Assembly (NCBI GenBank): GCA_013265495.1
Contig: MU058463.1
Span: forward strand, 3,517,037 to 3,581,036
Direction: 5' to 3'
DNA length: 64,000 nt
From: Vicugna vicugna
Lineage: Eukaryota
Positions 1-14,799 of the stretch are shown one piece after another; position 1 is the first letter of the stretch; every line of letters starts with the position of its first letter. The notes under the pieces were generated by a model, which did no database searches, was not told the DNA's origin, and was given only the letters and a program-made list of their open reading frames with translations. The position numbers were made by a program, and so were the translations under genes.

Positions 1-304
1 ATCCACCATCCACAGGTGGCTGCTGAATACTTCTAACTTGGCTAGCCCACATTGATGTGCTGTAACTATACACATACAATTCCAAATATTTAATACAAAA
101 AAAGAATTTAAAATGTCTCATAGCTTTCATATTGGTAACTCATTGATTGTTGATATTTGAGGTAGCTTGGGTTAAATAAAATATATTCTTAAAATTAATT
201 TCACATGTTTCCTTTTTACTTTTTGAATGTGGCTACTGGAAAGTCCAAATTTATGTACTTCCTTTATATTATATATTTTATTATATTTCTACTGGACAGC
301 ACTG
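1..304 (-). mobile_element. MER33-like hAT-Charlie non-autonomous DNA transposon (starts before the window edge)
   Basis: Ends in TIR-like ...CTACTGGACAGCACTG. Internal text 'gggttaaataaaatatattcttaaaattaatttcacatgtttcctttttac...aatgtggctactggaaa' matches the recalled MER33 consensus. Confidence 0.8.
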
Positions 305-449
305 CTCTTTGCTATCTCTCGGTACCCAAGCCTCCTCCTTCCCTTGCTCCCCACTTGTAGAAAACTCCTCATATGCCCCTGTTCAGTCCCTGGCCCCAGC
401 ATCCCAGCCTCAGCCAATCCTGCTGCACTCATCCAGAAAGGAATCTTGA

Positions 450-1560
450 CAATTTAGTAAAAATATCAATTGACAGTTCCAAAGAAAACTTACAGAATTT
501 TGCAAAATGATTCTGGAGTTCCTCTGAAAGGCAGGAATAGCTAAGACAACTTCCAAAAAAGAGCAGTAAAAGAACCTTCCCAGAAACTCATAAGTTTTGA
601 GAGCCTTAAAAATTATAACAAATGGAAATGATTTACTGTTATGTCTTCTGCACAGTAAGCAAGCACTCAACATACATTAGCAATTAGTATTATCATTGCT
701 TCTTACCAAAACATACAAAAATATAACAATTAAAATCTTACAGAACTTGAGAAGGATTATTTGCAGATGATTGATATATAGACCTATAAACAACTTTTAC
801 ATAAATAGCACATTTATTATACTGTATGGTTAGATCTTATTATAGATCAGCAAGTGAAAGAATGAATTATTCAATAAATAGTCTTCAGACAACTAACTAA
901 ATATCTTGGAGAAAATTAATTCCAGATTGATGACTGGGTGAAAGTCTTTCTTTTAAGAAAGGAAAAATAATAGGTGAACACTTATCTGATCTCTAGCATA
1001 GGAGCATTATTCTAAACTTAACAGTAATGAAAAAGTTATAGAGGAAAAGAGAGATATATTTGATAGCATTAGCATGTAAAACTTTTTTTTATAAAAAAGT
1101 GACCAAATGCCAAAGCAAATGATAAATCATGGGGAAAAAAAGATCAGTGTGAATATTACAAAAGGTTAATAATTTATTTTTAAGAAGCCATTCATATACA
1201 TCTATAGGAAATGTTTTGGGAACTATATAGAAATGGAACTAAAGAGAAAAGTGGAAAAGGATAAATGTGGGAAAATTCTGAACTCCACCAACACAAATTA
1301 TCAAAATATTTTAAAGTGTTGATACACAATGCTAGCAATGGTGCAATGAAATGGCATGTTTGCACAATGTCCATGGGATTCTAAGGACTACAACCTTTTT
1401 TTAAAAAATTGGGCAATATATATCAAGAGCTTTATATCCCTTAATTTTAGTATTATTATATAAGGAAATTATCTAAATTTCCTTCACAGGGGAAAGGTTA
1501 AGTAAAGTTTGATATAGCCATATAATGGAATATGACACAGCCATTAAAAGTATAAGTTAT
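450..1560 (+). mobile_element. Highly degraded old L1 (L1M/L1ME) ORF2 fragments
   Basis: A-rich stretch with L1 ORF2-like phrases such as 'ggaatagctaagacaac', 'ttattcaataaatag' and 'tataatggaatatgacacagccattaaaa'. Confidence 0.55.
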
Positions 1561-1564
1561 GAGG

Positions 1565-1999
1565 AGAAGACCTAAATAAGCAATTCTCCAGTGAAGATAT
1601 ATAAATGGGCAATAGGCACATGAAAAAATATTCAGCATCACTAATTGTTAGAGAAATGCAAATCAACACTATGAGATATCACCTCACACCAGTCAGAATG
1701 GCCATCATTAGAACATCTACAAATGATAAATGCTAGAGAGGGTATGGAGAAAAGGGAACCCTTCTACTGGTGTGAGTATAGATTGATGCAGCCACTATGG
1801 AGGACAGTATGGGGGTCCCTTAAAAAACTAAAAATAGACTTACTATGTGATCCAGCAATCCCACTCCTGGGCATATCTGGAGAAAAATGTAATTCAAATA
1901 ACACATGCACCCCAATGTTCATACAGCACTATTTACGATAGCCAAGACATGGAAACAACCCTAATGTCCATCAACAGATAATGATAAAAAGAAGATGTA

Positions 2000-2035
<36 letters not shown>

Positions 2036-2213
2036 GAATACTACTAAGCCATAAAAAAGAATAAAATAATGCCATTTGCAGCAACATGGACCTGGATAGT
2101 TGGGCCTGGAGATCATCATTCTAAGTGAAGTGGGCCGAAAAGAGAAAGAAAAATGCCATATGAGATCACTTATGTATGGAATCTTAAAAAAAGGACACAA
2201 ATGAACTATTTAC
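1565..2213 (+). mobile_element. L1 fragment (ORF2 C-terminus and start of 3'UTR), artiodactyl-type
   Basis: 'agagaaatgcaaatcaac...gatatcacctcacaccagtcagaatggccatcatt' and 'gccatttgcagcaacatgga'. ORF 1723-1941 gives the L1 peptide [25 protein letters not shown]. Confidence 0.9.
2002..2033. repeat. (AC)16 microsatellite inside L1
   Basis: Read directly. Confidence 0.95.
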
Positions 2214-4204
2214 TATTTGTAACTTAATGACTGGTTTCTTGAATATGTGTAAGCATATTTGACTGTCCTTTATGATTGGATTACTGCATTCTGTTGATTC
2301 TAATCTTGTGTTTGGCTTTATTCCTTTGATAACTATGTAAGTTTAAAAAGCTGAAGCTCTAAACTGTTCTTAGAAACAAGAAACAGTACATATATGTAAA
2401 TTTTAAAAAATATGTGCAGTATATTGTATATATGTATTTGCATGCAATATGTTGTATATGTGTAGTCAAATTGTATCAATTATATCTAATAAAACTGAAA
2501 AATGAGGGGAAAAGTATGATATGAAGATTGTTTAAATATGTACCTGTGTTTATAATGTCATAATATAATAATATTAAGACTAGAAGAGCAAGCTCTACTT
2601 AGTCTTGTGTAACAATAAACATACCAACTAGCTTCTGTATTAGTGGACACTAATCACAATTGATAGAAGCCCTAGTTGAAACTGAACAGAGAGCTTCATG
2701 GAAATGTCAAGTAACCAGATGAAGGGCACGGCACAGCTGGGTCAGAGCTGTGGCTGGAACCAGAGACCAAATGGTGTCCGAACACCCTGCCCCACCATCT
2801 CTGTGGTTCTGAAGTTGCCATCATTTTCTCAGATTGACTTATACGCTAGTGCACAGATGTCAGTAACAACTGATGAGTTCATTATTGCTTTCTGATTGTT
2901 TATTAAGATGATATTTTATTGGATATCCTCTTTCTCAGCTGTCCTAAACTGGGATAGTTATACACATTTGTGCTTAATGAAGGAAAGAAACCAGTTCTCT
3001 AGACAAGTCTGAATGGTTTCAGGTATCAAATCTTAATACAAACTGTTCATCTGGTATGTACATGCTGAAATAGAAAGAGTATCTTCCTAAGATGGTTCCT
3101 ACAGGACTGTTATTATTGTAATTATTTGATTTTTCCTTGCTGAAGAATCAGCTTTGTGGCTTTCACTTTATTTAAGTCACCATCCCTTCATAAACTGATG
3201 GGACTTAGGAACAAAACAGCAAGGCAGACAGTGTCTGATTTTTCTCTTCCTTGTATCTTCATGTAGTATGTGTTCACGAAATATTTACTGTATAAATAAA
3301 TGGAACTCAATTCAGGTCTTCTCAAACACTGAGAATTTTCAGGATTTTTTTTTTGTACTGTACTGGTAGTATTAAGATAAGTGAAACATAGTACCTGCGC
3401 TTTGTTTTAACTTATTATCAGGCACAAATATTGATTGGAATGCTAATCTGGTAAATGTGGTAATAGGCTGTCGTGGGGGCATAGTTTGGCACCCTGGCCC
3501 TCAGTATAAAAAGATCAGAAAAGATTCCTGGAGTAGTTGAAGCATTATTTGAGCTTTAAAAAATGGGTCAGAGTTAGAAAAGTGATAAGGAAGATGGTGG
3601 CAGCATTGTAGGTGCAGTATGTCCATGCCAGGTGTTAATTTTTTTCATCATTATAGGGACAAAGATTTAACGTAAATTGACTTGGAAGATGGTGCATGTT
3701 TCACCTACCAGTGGCTAGAGACCATCTCATTCACCCCTCATTTCTCTCCACCTACTCCTATCCCACCACAACAGTCACTGGCAGTTTTAAGTAACTGTAA
3801 AGAAATTGCTGAAGTTGATGAGATTTAGTATGAAAGTTAGACTCACACAAAACAAGCAAGGTCACTGGCCTGGAAAAGGCCTTTCTTCTGTGTGTACTCT
3901 TCCTCCACCTCTCCTATAGAAGACCGGGTTCCTTTGGATCAAAGAATCAAAGAATCCTGGAGCAACTGAGAAGAGAGTTCCTTTTGTTTTTGTTCAAAAC
4001 ATTTCCGGTAAACCAGCCCCAGGCTGCAAATTTCCAAGTCATAAATAATTGCTGCGGTGTGCAGTGAAATGCTATGCCTGGGGCAGTCACTGATGTCAGA
4101 GCAAGGGGAAGACCCAGACCGACTGACGTCTGCAGAAGTGTGATGATAAACTCGTCTATGGAGCCAAAAAGTTTGTTGTGGATACCTCACTGAAAGAAGA
4201 GGAT

Positions 4205-4445
4205 TAGCCTAGGGAAAAGGGCAAGGGCTTTGGGGTCAGACACAAGTGGGTTGAATCCTGCCTCTCCTTCAAATAATTATGTGGTCTTGAACACCCAACC
4301 TCCTTCCATTTCAGAATCCACATCTACAAAATGGGAATAAGAAAATCTTCCTTGCAAGGTTGTTCTGAAATTTAGTAAAAATGTTTGTTAATCCTCCAAT
4401 AGTGCCTAGCACAGAGTAGTTGCTAATGAAGGTGACTGTTTCTGT
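4205..4445 (+). mobile_element. MIR SINE
   Basis: 'ggctttggggtcagac...ggttgaatcctgcctct', core 'catctacaaaatgggaataa' and tail 'agtgcctagcacagagtag'. Confidence 0.8.
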
Positions 4446-5690
4446 TACTGTATCAACATCCTAACTCTGGCTGCTCAATACTTGTAGCTTTCAAGAGGAA
4501 GCCGGCAGCCCCAGAATCTTCCCTGATCATCTTTACATACTTAGGTTCACTGTCCCAGGGCAGACCCAGGTCCCCTTGCTAACTGTAAATTAATAAAACA
4601 TCCAGTTAGATCTTATAGGATATTTTCTCACATTCGTGCATAATCCATCCTCTGCCCTTAAACCCTGACACTCACAACATTTACCCTCCTTGTTTGATTA
4701 GATGTGACATTGGTCTCTCCTTGGGAAAGACTCTTCTCCCTGACCAAACTGGTCATATTACTGCTCAAAGCCTTAGCCATCAGGTCTATTTATAGGATTG
4801 ACAGAAATTCAGTTTATTAGAACAAAAGTTATAAAATAACAGTAGTAATTAAACAAAATAGATAGAGGCAGTTGCAATCAAAAGTTGGTTTTTAAACATT
4901 TTGTGTGGTTCTGTGTTTGATTTTTATTTCATTGAATATAGAATTTTGAGTCAAACCACCTTCAAGGAAAAATCACATTAAGAAAACTGGACACACTTTA
5001 GATTACATATTAAAACAGAATTCAAGTCCTTTTATGGAAAAGTAGCTTCAATATTTACTTGGGCTATCTTCTGCCCATTAAATATTTCTGTGTTTCTGAA
5101 GTACCATGTGCTAAGTAATGTATATATTTATCTTTGGGTGATATTTTCTGTAACTTGATACATCACATGGAATCTCTTTCGACACCACTGAACATTTCTA
5201 TGAACAAGTCCATCCCAAAACTGTAAAGTAAATGTTTGAGGGTTTTTTCTGCTTTATTGTATGTCCAGAAAAATGCAAATTTTTTTCTTCCAATCAATTA
5301 GAAACAATTTTGGGAAAAAGAAAAACATATTCATATTAGATTTATTTTATGACTAGTTTATCCATTTTAGATTTTAGTATTTATCTATTTTAGATTGTAG
5401 TAAACCAGGATAGATAATTCAGATTAAAAATCCATGTTAGGTCTATATGAGTCAGTTGTCTGCACCAATGAAATTCAGCAGTTCATTGTCAGAACTGGCC
5501 ATCAGCTTGTATACTGAAAGCAATCTAAACATTGTACTTCATAATTTAAACTTTCACTGTTAGTATAAGATGCGTGCCTTGTCCTTAGGATAAAATAGTG
5601 CATCGAAGGCTTACTTTGCAAAGCAAAGGATTTTTAATGATTACATTAACATTTCTCTTGTCCTTGGGAACATTCCGTCTTGCTGTGGAG

Positions 5691-6074
5691 TGTGGCAGAG
5701 AGGGCTAGCTGTTCTTCCAAGATTTCATACTTTCCTTCCTTGATGGAGAGTTGTTGCTGGGAAGTGGCCACCCCAGCAGGGGCTACATTTCCTAATTCTC
5801 TCTTCCTTTCATCAGCCTATGAGCATATGACTGATTTGCCCCAGTGGAATGGGAGCAGCTGTCACTTCCTTGCTGTGGTGGGAAGCCACATGGTGAAGAT
5901 GGCAGATCCTCCATCTACTTGGACCGTGTTTAATTGAATGGGGCACACCACTTCCCCACCAGGAACATTTGCACTGGAGTGTCATATGAAAAAAAAAATG
6001 TGGATTGTCCTGTTACGTGACTAGAATTTTGGGATTTGTGTCTTACAGCAGTTAGCATTACCATAACTAATACA
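5691..6074 (+). mobile_element. MLT1-type MaLR solo LTR
   Basis: TG...CA ends (TGTGGCAGAG ... TTACAGCAGTTAGCATTACCATAACTAATACA), the typical MLT1 3' terminus. Confidence 0.75.
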
Positions 6075-7539
6075 TGGTAGATATACTGTAATTATTCAAA
6101 GAAAGAAACTGATCCATAAAACAAATTAATTACACAAGATGTTTACTATAGAAGTCAATGCAGATGGAGACTTGGGGTTACTACCAAAGTTAGGGACCAG
6201 CGTCCAAGAAGCCAGCTGAGGCCTCAGGCAGAGCTTTGTATTGTTTGATGTCCTGGTAGATTCAACGTGATACAGGTTCTGGCCCTCTGTACAGCAGGTT
6301 CAAAGTTAACTTTGCTCAGGTGACCTAACTCACATTAGCCAAATTCATAAAAGATGAATTTATAAGCCTGAATGCTGGTATATTCATTTAATATGAAACC
6401 TATACCTATTATATTGTTCTGAGTGCCCCGGATAACTACTCAGAGAAACATATTTACCAGTCCTAGCTCTTGAGTTTTTTTTTCCCCTAGATTCCATGGA
6501 GACTACAATCCTATTATCATAATTATTTTAAATAGTCTCAACTTATAGTACAAATGAGTAGATAAGTGTTACATCATTATTTCCCTTCAAATATATCTGG
6601 CTCACTTAGTAAAAATTTTGAAGGAATTTATTTTGAAACCATTTCTTGAGGTAGATTGCTCCACAAAGGACTACTTAATCTGCTTTATGTAGATATTTAC
6701 TAGTTTTACTCTAAACGATTGAAACTTTTCCTCCATTTGGGAGGCCATATTGTCCTGAAAAGAGATACATATGACCTAGGGTCATAGAAGACAAGAAGTG
6801 GAAGTGAAGGAAGAGGACTGAATAATTAGGTAGTGAGAGACAAAGAGCCCAGAAGAGAAACGTAGACATCAAAGTAAAAGGATATTTCCTATGACATCAG
6901 TACCTAGATTGGTGGTCCAAGGAAAACTGAGGTGATTGGATTATTTATAGTATTACTGTGCTTATGTTTATGATCTATAAATATATTACCACATCATCCT
7001 GTGTGCCTGAATTAAATGAAACTTTACAATGTATTTATAGAAACTGCCCCATATGCTATCCTTTTCTTGGAGTCAAAATTCAAGCCAAAACTTTCCCATC
7101 AAAAAGCAAAATTTATTGGCTCAGGCAATTAGAAGATCAACTGTTTGGTATCAGATTTTGTAAGCTATGAAAAAGGGAAAACTTAAAGTGAGAAAAAGTT
7201 CTTTTTGATATAAAATGTGGGTCATGCTAACAGAATAGAGCATATCTATTGAAAAGTTCTAAGTGTGCTTGAACCCACTTCAGCATTTAAAAATCAAAGG
7301 TCATAGAAGTATGCTTGAAAGTTTGTGTTTTAGGAAAATTCTGTACAGGGACACTCTTCTAGTACACCCTATCATAAAAACAACTCTATCATTGCCCTTC
7401 CTTGTGTTCATCTGGTCTACCAGAGAAGATGTAAGCTCCACAAAGCAGGAACTGCATTTTTTTCTTCTTTTACTCCTTTAGCCAAGTATCCAGAATTAAG
7501 ACAAGGAAGATCATCTACTGGAAAGCAGAAATAAAATAT

Positions 7540-7687
7540 TAAAACTTCTGTTAACTTAATCTGATTCTACTTTTTAAATGTTTTATAACATAACAATATT
7601 TTATTTATAAAATACCTATTTAGGGAGTACATACACAAAACTTCTTAATTAATAGTGATGTAGGACCAAAAATTACAGAGACCACTG
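7540..7687. mobile_element. hAT-Charlie-like DNA transposon end fragment
   Basis: AT-rich body ending in Charlie TIR-like GAGACCACTG. Confidence 0.4.
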
Positions 7688-10366
7688 CCTTATGGAAACT
7701 AGCATAAGAAAAAAGTTATTAAAATAATATGCTGACAGGGCTGTTGCCATGCCGATGGTGTAGCTGCAGAGAAAATGAAATGGATGCCCTTGAGATTGAA
7801 TTCATTCTTTCATTCAGCAATTATGCAGTGGGCATCTACCATATGCCAGAGGCTGTGTGGGGCAGCAGCCACCAGAGAAGTGATTGGGTTGTTAAAAATA
7901 GAGTGAAGTGACAGTAAATCCATGACCATTTTCCCCACCTGGGATTGTCCTTCCCTTTTCTGAAAAGGACTCTGGTTCCTTATCTTCAGGTAAGGACATC
8001 CCTGGAGGAACCCCATCATTCCTGTATGGCTGAGAAACAGCGATCTACACTGTGATCACTTAGTGAATACTTATTGACATACTGACAGTGGGATTGTCAA
8101 TACAGAAAAAAAAATAAATTAATTAATTCAGTGGTTCTAGTATTGCTCAGGATTGTCAAGTGCATATACTTTTCAATTATGTGTGCCAGGATCCCAAGAG
8201 AGTAAATGAAATCCATGTATGGTTGCCACAAGTGGCAAAGAATAATTTCACACTTCATTCTAACAACTGCCATAACAGGTACCTGGGGAGCCCTGAGTGC
8301 TGTATTCACATGTAACCATATAATTAAATAGATACGAACAAATACACAGAGCAAGACTGTGATATAAAACCAAAATGAGAGTGATCCCTGAGTTTAATAA
8401 ACATGAGGGGGAAAGTCATAATTGAAAAATTACACACATAAGGCATCCACATGATTTGGAATAATGTGCTGCAAAAAAAAAAAGAATATCTCACACATGT
8501 TGGTATTTTTCTTTTCTATTTTTTTTCTTTCTTAACATTTAGGTGGCCTGCTTAGTCATGTGCTTTTCTGTCTTGCAGACATCTGGCTGAGTATGTCATA
8601 ATGTTGTAATGCATGTTGTGTCTCTTAAAGCAATGTTTCTCCAAAATTCAATCCCTGTTTAAACAAAAGTGACTTTCTCTCCCCATTTAAAATATGATCC
8701 AAAGAAATAGTTTCGAGCATAATAATGGCCCCAGCATTTCTCATGTCTATAAGTACGTAATTTTAGCAAGATCTGATCCTTCTTCGGAAGACCCACAATC
8801 CTCAAGGGAAGTCTATTTATATAGGGATTACAATGATAAAACATGTGGTTGTTTTGATTACCTTAGTAGATGGAAAAGTAGGAATCAGTCAATCAGTTGA
8901 GTTCTACTCCACTCACTCCAGACATCTGGTAGATGCGGACGCACAGCAAAAGACTATTGCCTTTTTTAGCCCATAGAATCTGCCCAAAACAGTTTCTGCG
9001 GTGCAGCACTAGAAAGAGAGAATTTTGAATGTCACTGGCTTCCCCCTACCATCCTTTATTCAGTATGTCTGTCAACAACTCTTGATAAATTAATTCTTCA
9101 TTGCCCAGTAATTATTCTGTATGACCCCTAGAAATAGGATCCAATCTGGTTTATACTTCTGTACTAATATTCAAAGATATAATATTATCATGCAGAGCAA
9201 CTAAGAATTATCAAATGTAAAGGAATGTATTAGTAAAAACATAAACATGGTTTTCAAAAATGTAAGCATAAATTTTAACATTTCCCAATGTATGTGTGTA
9301 TGTAAAATAGTGAATGTGTGTGATGAAAATATGATATAGATTATACCTTAAGTTATTCAGTCTTAAACTCTCAGTCACAAATAAAAAACTCTAGTAGTCT
9401 AGCAACGTAGTCTTGAAGAAAGGAAAAGTGGAAGTAAGCCAACTTGGGTACTGATTAAGTATTCAGCAGAGAATTTTCTGTAGCTCTGTCAAAAGGCGCT
9501 GTCAGTGCATTTAACTATGTGGACAAAAGGTTGTTGAAATCACACAAAGGATTTTTCCAATTCAAATGCTGCAGATGAAATGATATTCTCATAGAAGCAC
9601 ACCAGATCTTCAAAGCTTAATAAAGGCCGCATCTATTCATTTTATGACTTTAACTTGCCAAGTGAAGTGAGAAACCAATATAAAACAAACATAAAGAAAT
9701 CTCTTTAGGAATGGAATTCCTATTTTTACTTTACATATTTACTTCAAGGCATACATTCAGGAAGAGGGCAAGTGCTCAGGCAGACACAAAGAGATGTGAT
9801 CAGATTATTTTACCCCAATGTAAGAATAGGATCATTTGTAGCCAGCCTCAAAAGCCTCATTATGTGAAAAGTGGGCAAACACTTTTGTGTTAGAATATTT
9901 GTAAAGGGAGATCCACAGTTTAACAGAACAGTTTGAAGACTTACATTCAAAGCAGCCACATATTCAAATTTGGATAAAGCCTAAGAAGTAAACAGAATGA
10001 CTCCATATATTTCAATGGCTTTTTGATAAAAACATCTTTAGTTTCACGGGTCAGTGGGTACAATAGCTGCCATCAGGACTGACTCAACAATAGAGAGAGA
10101 GAGAGAGAAAAAAAAGCAACGGGTCAAATACTCTTTATGAGGTGGGTGTGAATTCTGTGCTCTTCTTCCTGCTAAGATTCTGTGCTCCCTTAGTCAAATT
10201 GTATTAGGTTCTGATTAGAAAGATCTCAGAAATATTTAAGAGAGAATTGCTCAAACTATGTTGTATGGACTCCTCAGTTCTACAGGGGCCAGCAGGAGAG
10301 GGGAGAAGTAATAGGGGAGCCAGAGGAGTAGAACCCAGGCTGGTCTCTGGATAACCACAGCTGACT

Positions 10367-13300
10367 ATTTTTTTCAAACTACTTTATTGAGATATGACTG
10401 ACATACAAAAAGCTGTACCTAGTTAATGTATATAATTTAATGAATTTGGAGACAAGTACACATGAAACCATCACCACAATCAAAGCCATAAACTTATCCA
10501 TCACCTCCAAAAGTTTCCTAGGACCTCCCTTGATGTACTTGTTAATTGTTTTTTTTTTAATTTTTTTTTGTGATAAAGCGCTTATAAGATCTCTCTTAGC
10601 AAATTTTCAAGTATATAATACAATATGGTTAGCTGTAGATCTCCAGAATTTATCCATCTTTCGTAACTGCAAGTTTTTAGCCTTTGAAACCCTCCCGTTT
10701 TCCCCTCCTACCAGCCCCTGGAAAATAACATTCTACTCTCTGGTTCTATGAGTCCGACTATTTTTTATTGCTCTTTTAAGTGGGATCATGCAATATTTGT
10801 CTTTCCTTCTGAGTCTGGCTTAATTCACTTAGCATAATGACCTACACATGCATTTATGTTGCTGCAAATGGCTGGATTTCCTTTTTTTAAAGGCTGAATA
10901 ACATTCTACTTTAAGAATATACCACATTTTTTATCCATTTATCTGATGGACCTTTAGATTGTTTCCATATCTTGGCTGTTATAAATAATGCTGCAATAAA
11001 CAGAAGAGTGTAGTATCTCTTTGAGGTTCTGATTTCAATTCCTTTGAATATGTACCCAGAAGTAGGACTGCTGGAGCAAATGGTAGTTCTATTTTTAATT
11101 TTTTTGAGGAATCTTCATACTGTCTTCCATAGTGGCTGCACCAATCTACATTCCTACCAAGAGTGTGTAGGAATTCACTTTTGGCCACATGCCACATGCT
11201 CTCCAACACTTGTTATCTTTTTCTCTCTCTCTTTTTTTTTTTTTGATAATAGCCATCCTAACAGGTGTGAGGTGATACCTCATTGTGGCTTTAATTTACA
11301 TTTCCCTGAAGACTAATGATGGTGAGGATGTTTTCATATACCTGTTGGCCATCTCTATGCCTTCTTTTTTTGTCATTGGAAACTGTCTTTTTTTAAAAAA
11401 TATTTTTATTGAAGTAAAGTCAGTTTACAATGTTGTGTCAATTTCTGGTGTACAGCACAATACTTCAGTCGTTTAGAAACATACATGTATTTGTTTTCAT
11501 ATTCTTTTTAACCATAAGTTACTACAGGATATTGAATATAGTTCTCTGTGCTATACAGTAGAAATTTGTTATCTGTTTTTATATAGTAGTTACTATCTGC
11601 AAATCTCAATCTCCCAATTTATCCCTTCCCACCCTCTTAGCCCCCTGGGAACCATAAGTTTGTTTTCTATATCTGTGAGTCTGTTTATGTTTTGTAGATA
11701 AATTTATTTGTCTTTTTTTTTTTAGATTCCTATTCCTATGGAAAAATATCTGTTCAAATCATTTTTAAATCAGTCTTTTTTTTTTGCTATATGAGTTTTT
11801 CATTTATTTTGGATATTAACCCCTTGATATCTGATAGATATATGATTTGCAAATATTTTCTCCCATTTCTTAGATAGCCCTTTGTTTTGTTGAGGGTTTT
11901 CTTTGCTGTGTAGAAGCTTGTTGTTTGTTGTAATCCCACTTGTTTAGTTTTACTTTTGTTGCCTTAGCTTTTGGTATCAAATTTAAAAAAAAAAATCATT
12001 GCCAAGAATAATTCCTCCCTATATTTTCTTCTAGGAGTTTTATGGTTTTATGTCTTACTTTCAAGTCTTTAATACATTTTGAGTTGATTTTGTGTATGTT
12101 ATAAAATAGGAGCTCAAGTTCATTCTTTTGCATGTGGCTTTCCAGTTTTTCCAGCACCATGTATTGAAAAAACTATTATTTCTCCATTGTATGTTCTTGG
12201 CTTCTTTGTCATGAAGTAATTGACTATATAGGCATGTATCTGTTTCTGGGCTCTCTACTTTGTTCCATGGATCTGTCTCTGTTTTTATGCTAATATCATA
12301 CTGTTTTGATTATTATAGCTTTGTAATATGTTTTGAAATGAAGACGTGTGATGCCTTCAGCTTTGTTCTTCTTTCTCAAGATTACTTTTGTTATTTGGGG
12401 TCTTTTGTGGTTTCTTACATTGTTTTTTCTACTTCTGTGGAAAATGCCATTTGAATTTTGATTGGGACTACATTGAATCTATAGATTGCTTTGAGTAGTA
12501 TCAACATTTTAACAATATAAATTCTTCAAATCCATGAGCATGAAATATCTTTCCATTTATTTGCACCTTCTTCAATTTCTTTTATCAGTGTCTTATAGTT
12601 TTCAGCATACAAATTCTTTCACCTCCTTGATGAAATCTATTCCTAGATATTTTATAATTCTGACACAATTATAAATAATTTTTTTCTTAATTTCTCTTCT
12701 AATAGTTCATAATTTGTGTATAGAAATGCAACAGATTTTTGTGCATTGGTTTTGTATCCTGCAACAAATTCATTTATTAGTTCTGACAGTTTTAGATGGA
12801 ATATTAAGGCTTTTCTATAAATATCATGTCATCTGCAAATAGTGACAGTTTTACTTCTCAATTTCCAATTTAGATGTCTTTTATTTCTTTTTCTTGACTA
12901 ATTGCTCTGGCTAGAACTTCTAGTTCTATGTTGAATGAAAGTGACGAGAATGGACATCTTTGTCTTCTTCCTGATTTTAAAGGAAAAGCTTTCCGGTTTT
13001 TACTACTGAGTATGTAAGTTGTGAGCTGGTCATATACAGCCTTTATTATGTTGAGGTATTTTCCTCAGTACCCAATTTGTTGATAGTTTTTACCCTTAAT
13101 GGATGTTAAATTTTGTCAAATGCCTTTTCTGCATTTATTGAGATGATTATATAATTTTTATCTTTCATTTTGTTAATGTGGGGTATCAGACTGATTTGTG
13201 GATATTGAAACATCCTTGCAATTCTGAAATAAATCTGACATGATAATTTTGTATGATTCTTTATTATGTATTGTTGAATTAGATTTGCTAATATTTCATT

Positions 13301-14523
13301 GAGAATTTTTGCATCTGTGTTCATCAGGGATGTTGGTTTATAATTTTCTTTTCTTGCAGTGTCTTTGTCTGTTTTTAGTATCAGAGCAATGCTGGTCTTA
13401 TAAAACGAGTTTGGAAGTATTTCCTGCTTTTTTGTATTTTGGAAGAGTTTGAGGATTGGTATTAATTTTTCTTTAAATGATGGGAGAATTCATCCATGAA
13501 GCTATCTGGTCCTGGGCTTTTCTTTGTCAGGAATTTTTTTATTACTGATTCAATTTCATTATTTGTTATTGGTCTCTTCATGCTTTCTATTTCTTCTTGA
13601 TTCAGTCTTGGTAGGGTGTATGTTTCTAGGAATTTAAGCATTTTGTCTAGGTTGTCCAATTTGTTGTTATATAATTATTCATAATAGTCACTTATGATTT
13701 TTTTTATTTCTGTACCATCAATTGTAATGTCTCATCTTTTATTTCTGATCTTTTTTTGAGTCTTCTCTCTCTTTTCTTAGTCTAGCTAATAATTTGTCAA
13801 TTTTGTTTATCTTTTCAAAAAACAAATGCTAGTTCTGTTAATTTTTCTACTATTTTTTCTATTCTCTATTTTTGTTTATTGCTACTGTAATTTTTATTAT
13901 TTCCTTCCTTCTGCTAAATCTGAGCTAGGCTTGTTCTTCTCTTTCTAATTCCTTGAGGTATAAAGTTAGGTGGTTTATTTGGGATCTTTCTTCTTTTTTA
14001 ATGTAGGTGTTTATTGCTATAAACATCCCTCTTAATACTGCTTTTACTTCATCTCATAAGTTGGTATGTTGTGTTTTTGTTTGTCTCAAGATATTTTCTA
14101 ATTTCCTTTTTTATTCAATCTTTGACCCAATGGATATTTAAGCATGTTATTTAATTTCAATGTATTTGTGAATTTTCCCGTTTTCCTCCTATTATTGATT
14201 TCTAGGTTCATTCTATTGTGATCTGAAAAGGTACTTGGTTGATTTCAATCTTCTTAAATTTGTTATGACTTGTTTTTTCAACCTAATGTGTGATGTATTC
14301 TAGAGGATGTTCCATGTGTACTTGAGAAAAATTAGTATCCTCCTGCTTTTGCATAGAGTGTTCTATATATGTCTATAGTTCCATTTGGTCTATAGGGCTG
14401 TTGAGTTCTGTTGTTTCCTTATTGATTTCCCATCTGGATGATTTATCCATTATTGACAGTGAGGTATCAAGGTCCCCTACTATTACTGCATTGTCTATTT
14501 CTTCCTTCAGATAGGCCAGTGTT
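10367..14523 (-). mobile_element. 5'-truncated L1 (L1MA8/9-like): 3'UTR plus decayed ORF2
   Basis: 3' end 'ctttattgagatatgactgacatacaaaaagctg...accatcaccacaatcaa'. Minus-strand peptides [14 protein letters not shown]...[12 protein letters not shown] (RT domain) and [21 protein letters not shown]...KKSPGPD. Many stops and frameshifts. Confidence 0.95.
11388..11730 (-). mobile_element. Younger L1 3'UTR fragment nested in the L1MA element
   Basis: T-run followed by 'tttattgaagtaaagtcagtttacaatgttgtgtcaatttctggtgtacagc'. The host L1 text resumes at about 11738. Confidence 0.85.
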
Positions 14524-14799
14524 TGAAAAGCAGCTCTTCTTTTATGGGTCTAAATACGGGAACTGTATGTAATAAGCCATTTAGAAAAAAGAAGGGGGTA
14601 TTCTATTTTTTTTAAACAAAAAAGTTATCTCATTTTCTAGAGACTAAAATAGAAACTTTGGGAAAATATTTTCTCAAATTAACAAAGCGAGGTAGAGCCA
14701 GAATCAAAGTTTGGATTTGACTCCTTTGTCCAAGCTCTTCTATTGAATAAGGTATATGATGAAGAGGCCACTTCTATTTAAAGATTTTGAGATTTAGAA

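Noticed and set aside
4138..4195. C/D-box snoRNA-like motif pair (GTGATGA ... CTGA)
   Set aside because: Only about 55 nt, with no terminal stem and no recognisable rRNA or snRNA guide.
6301..6314. 14-bp palindrome CAAAGTTAACTTTG
   Set aside because: About 4 such palindromes are expected by chance in 64 kb (64000/4^7).
10367..14523. Reverse transcriptase and endonuclease peptides as a possible novel RT system
   Set aside because: These are ordinary LINE-1 ORF2 remnants broken by stops and frameshifts.
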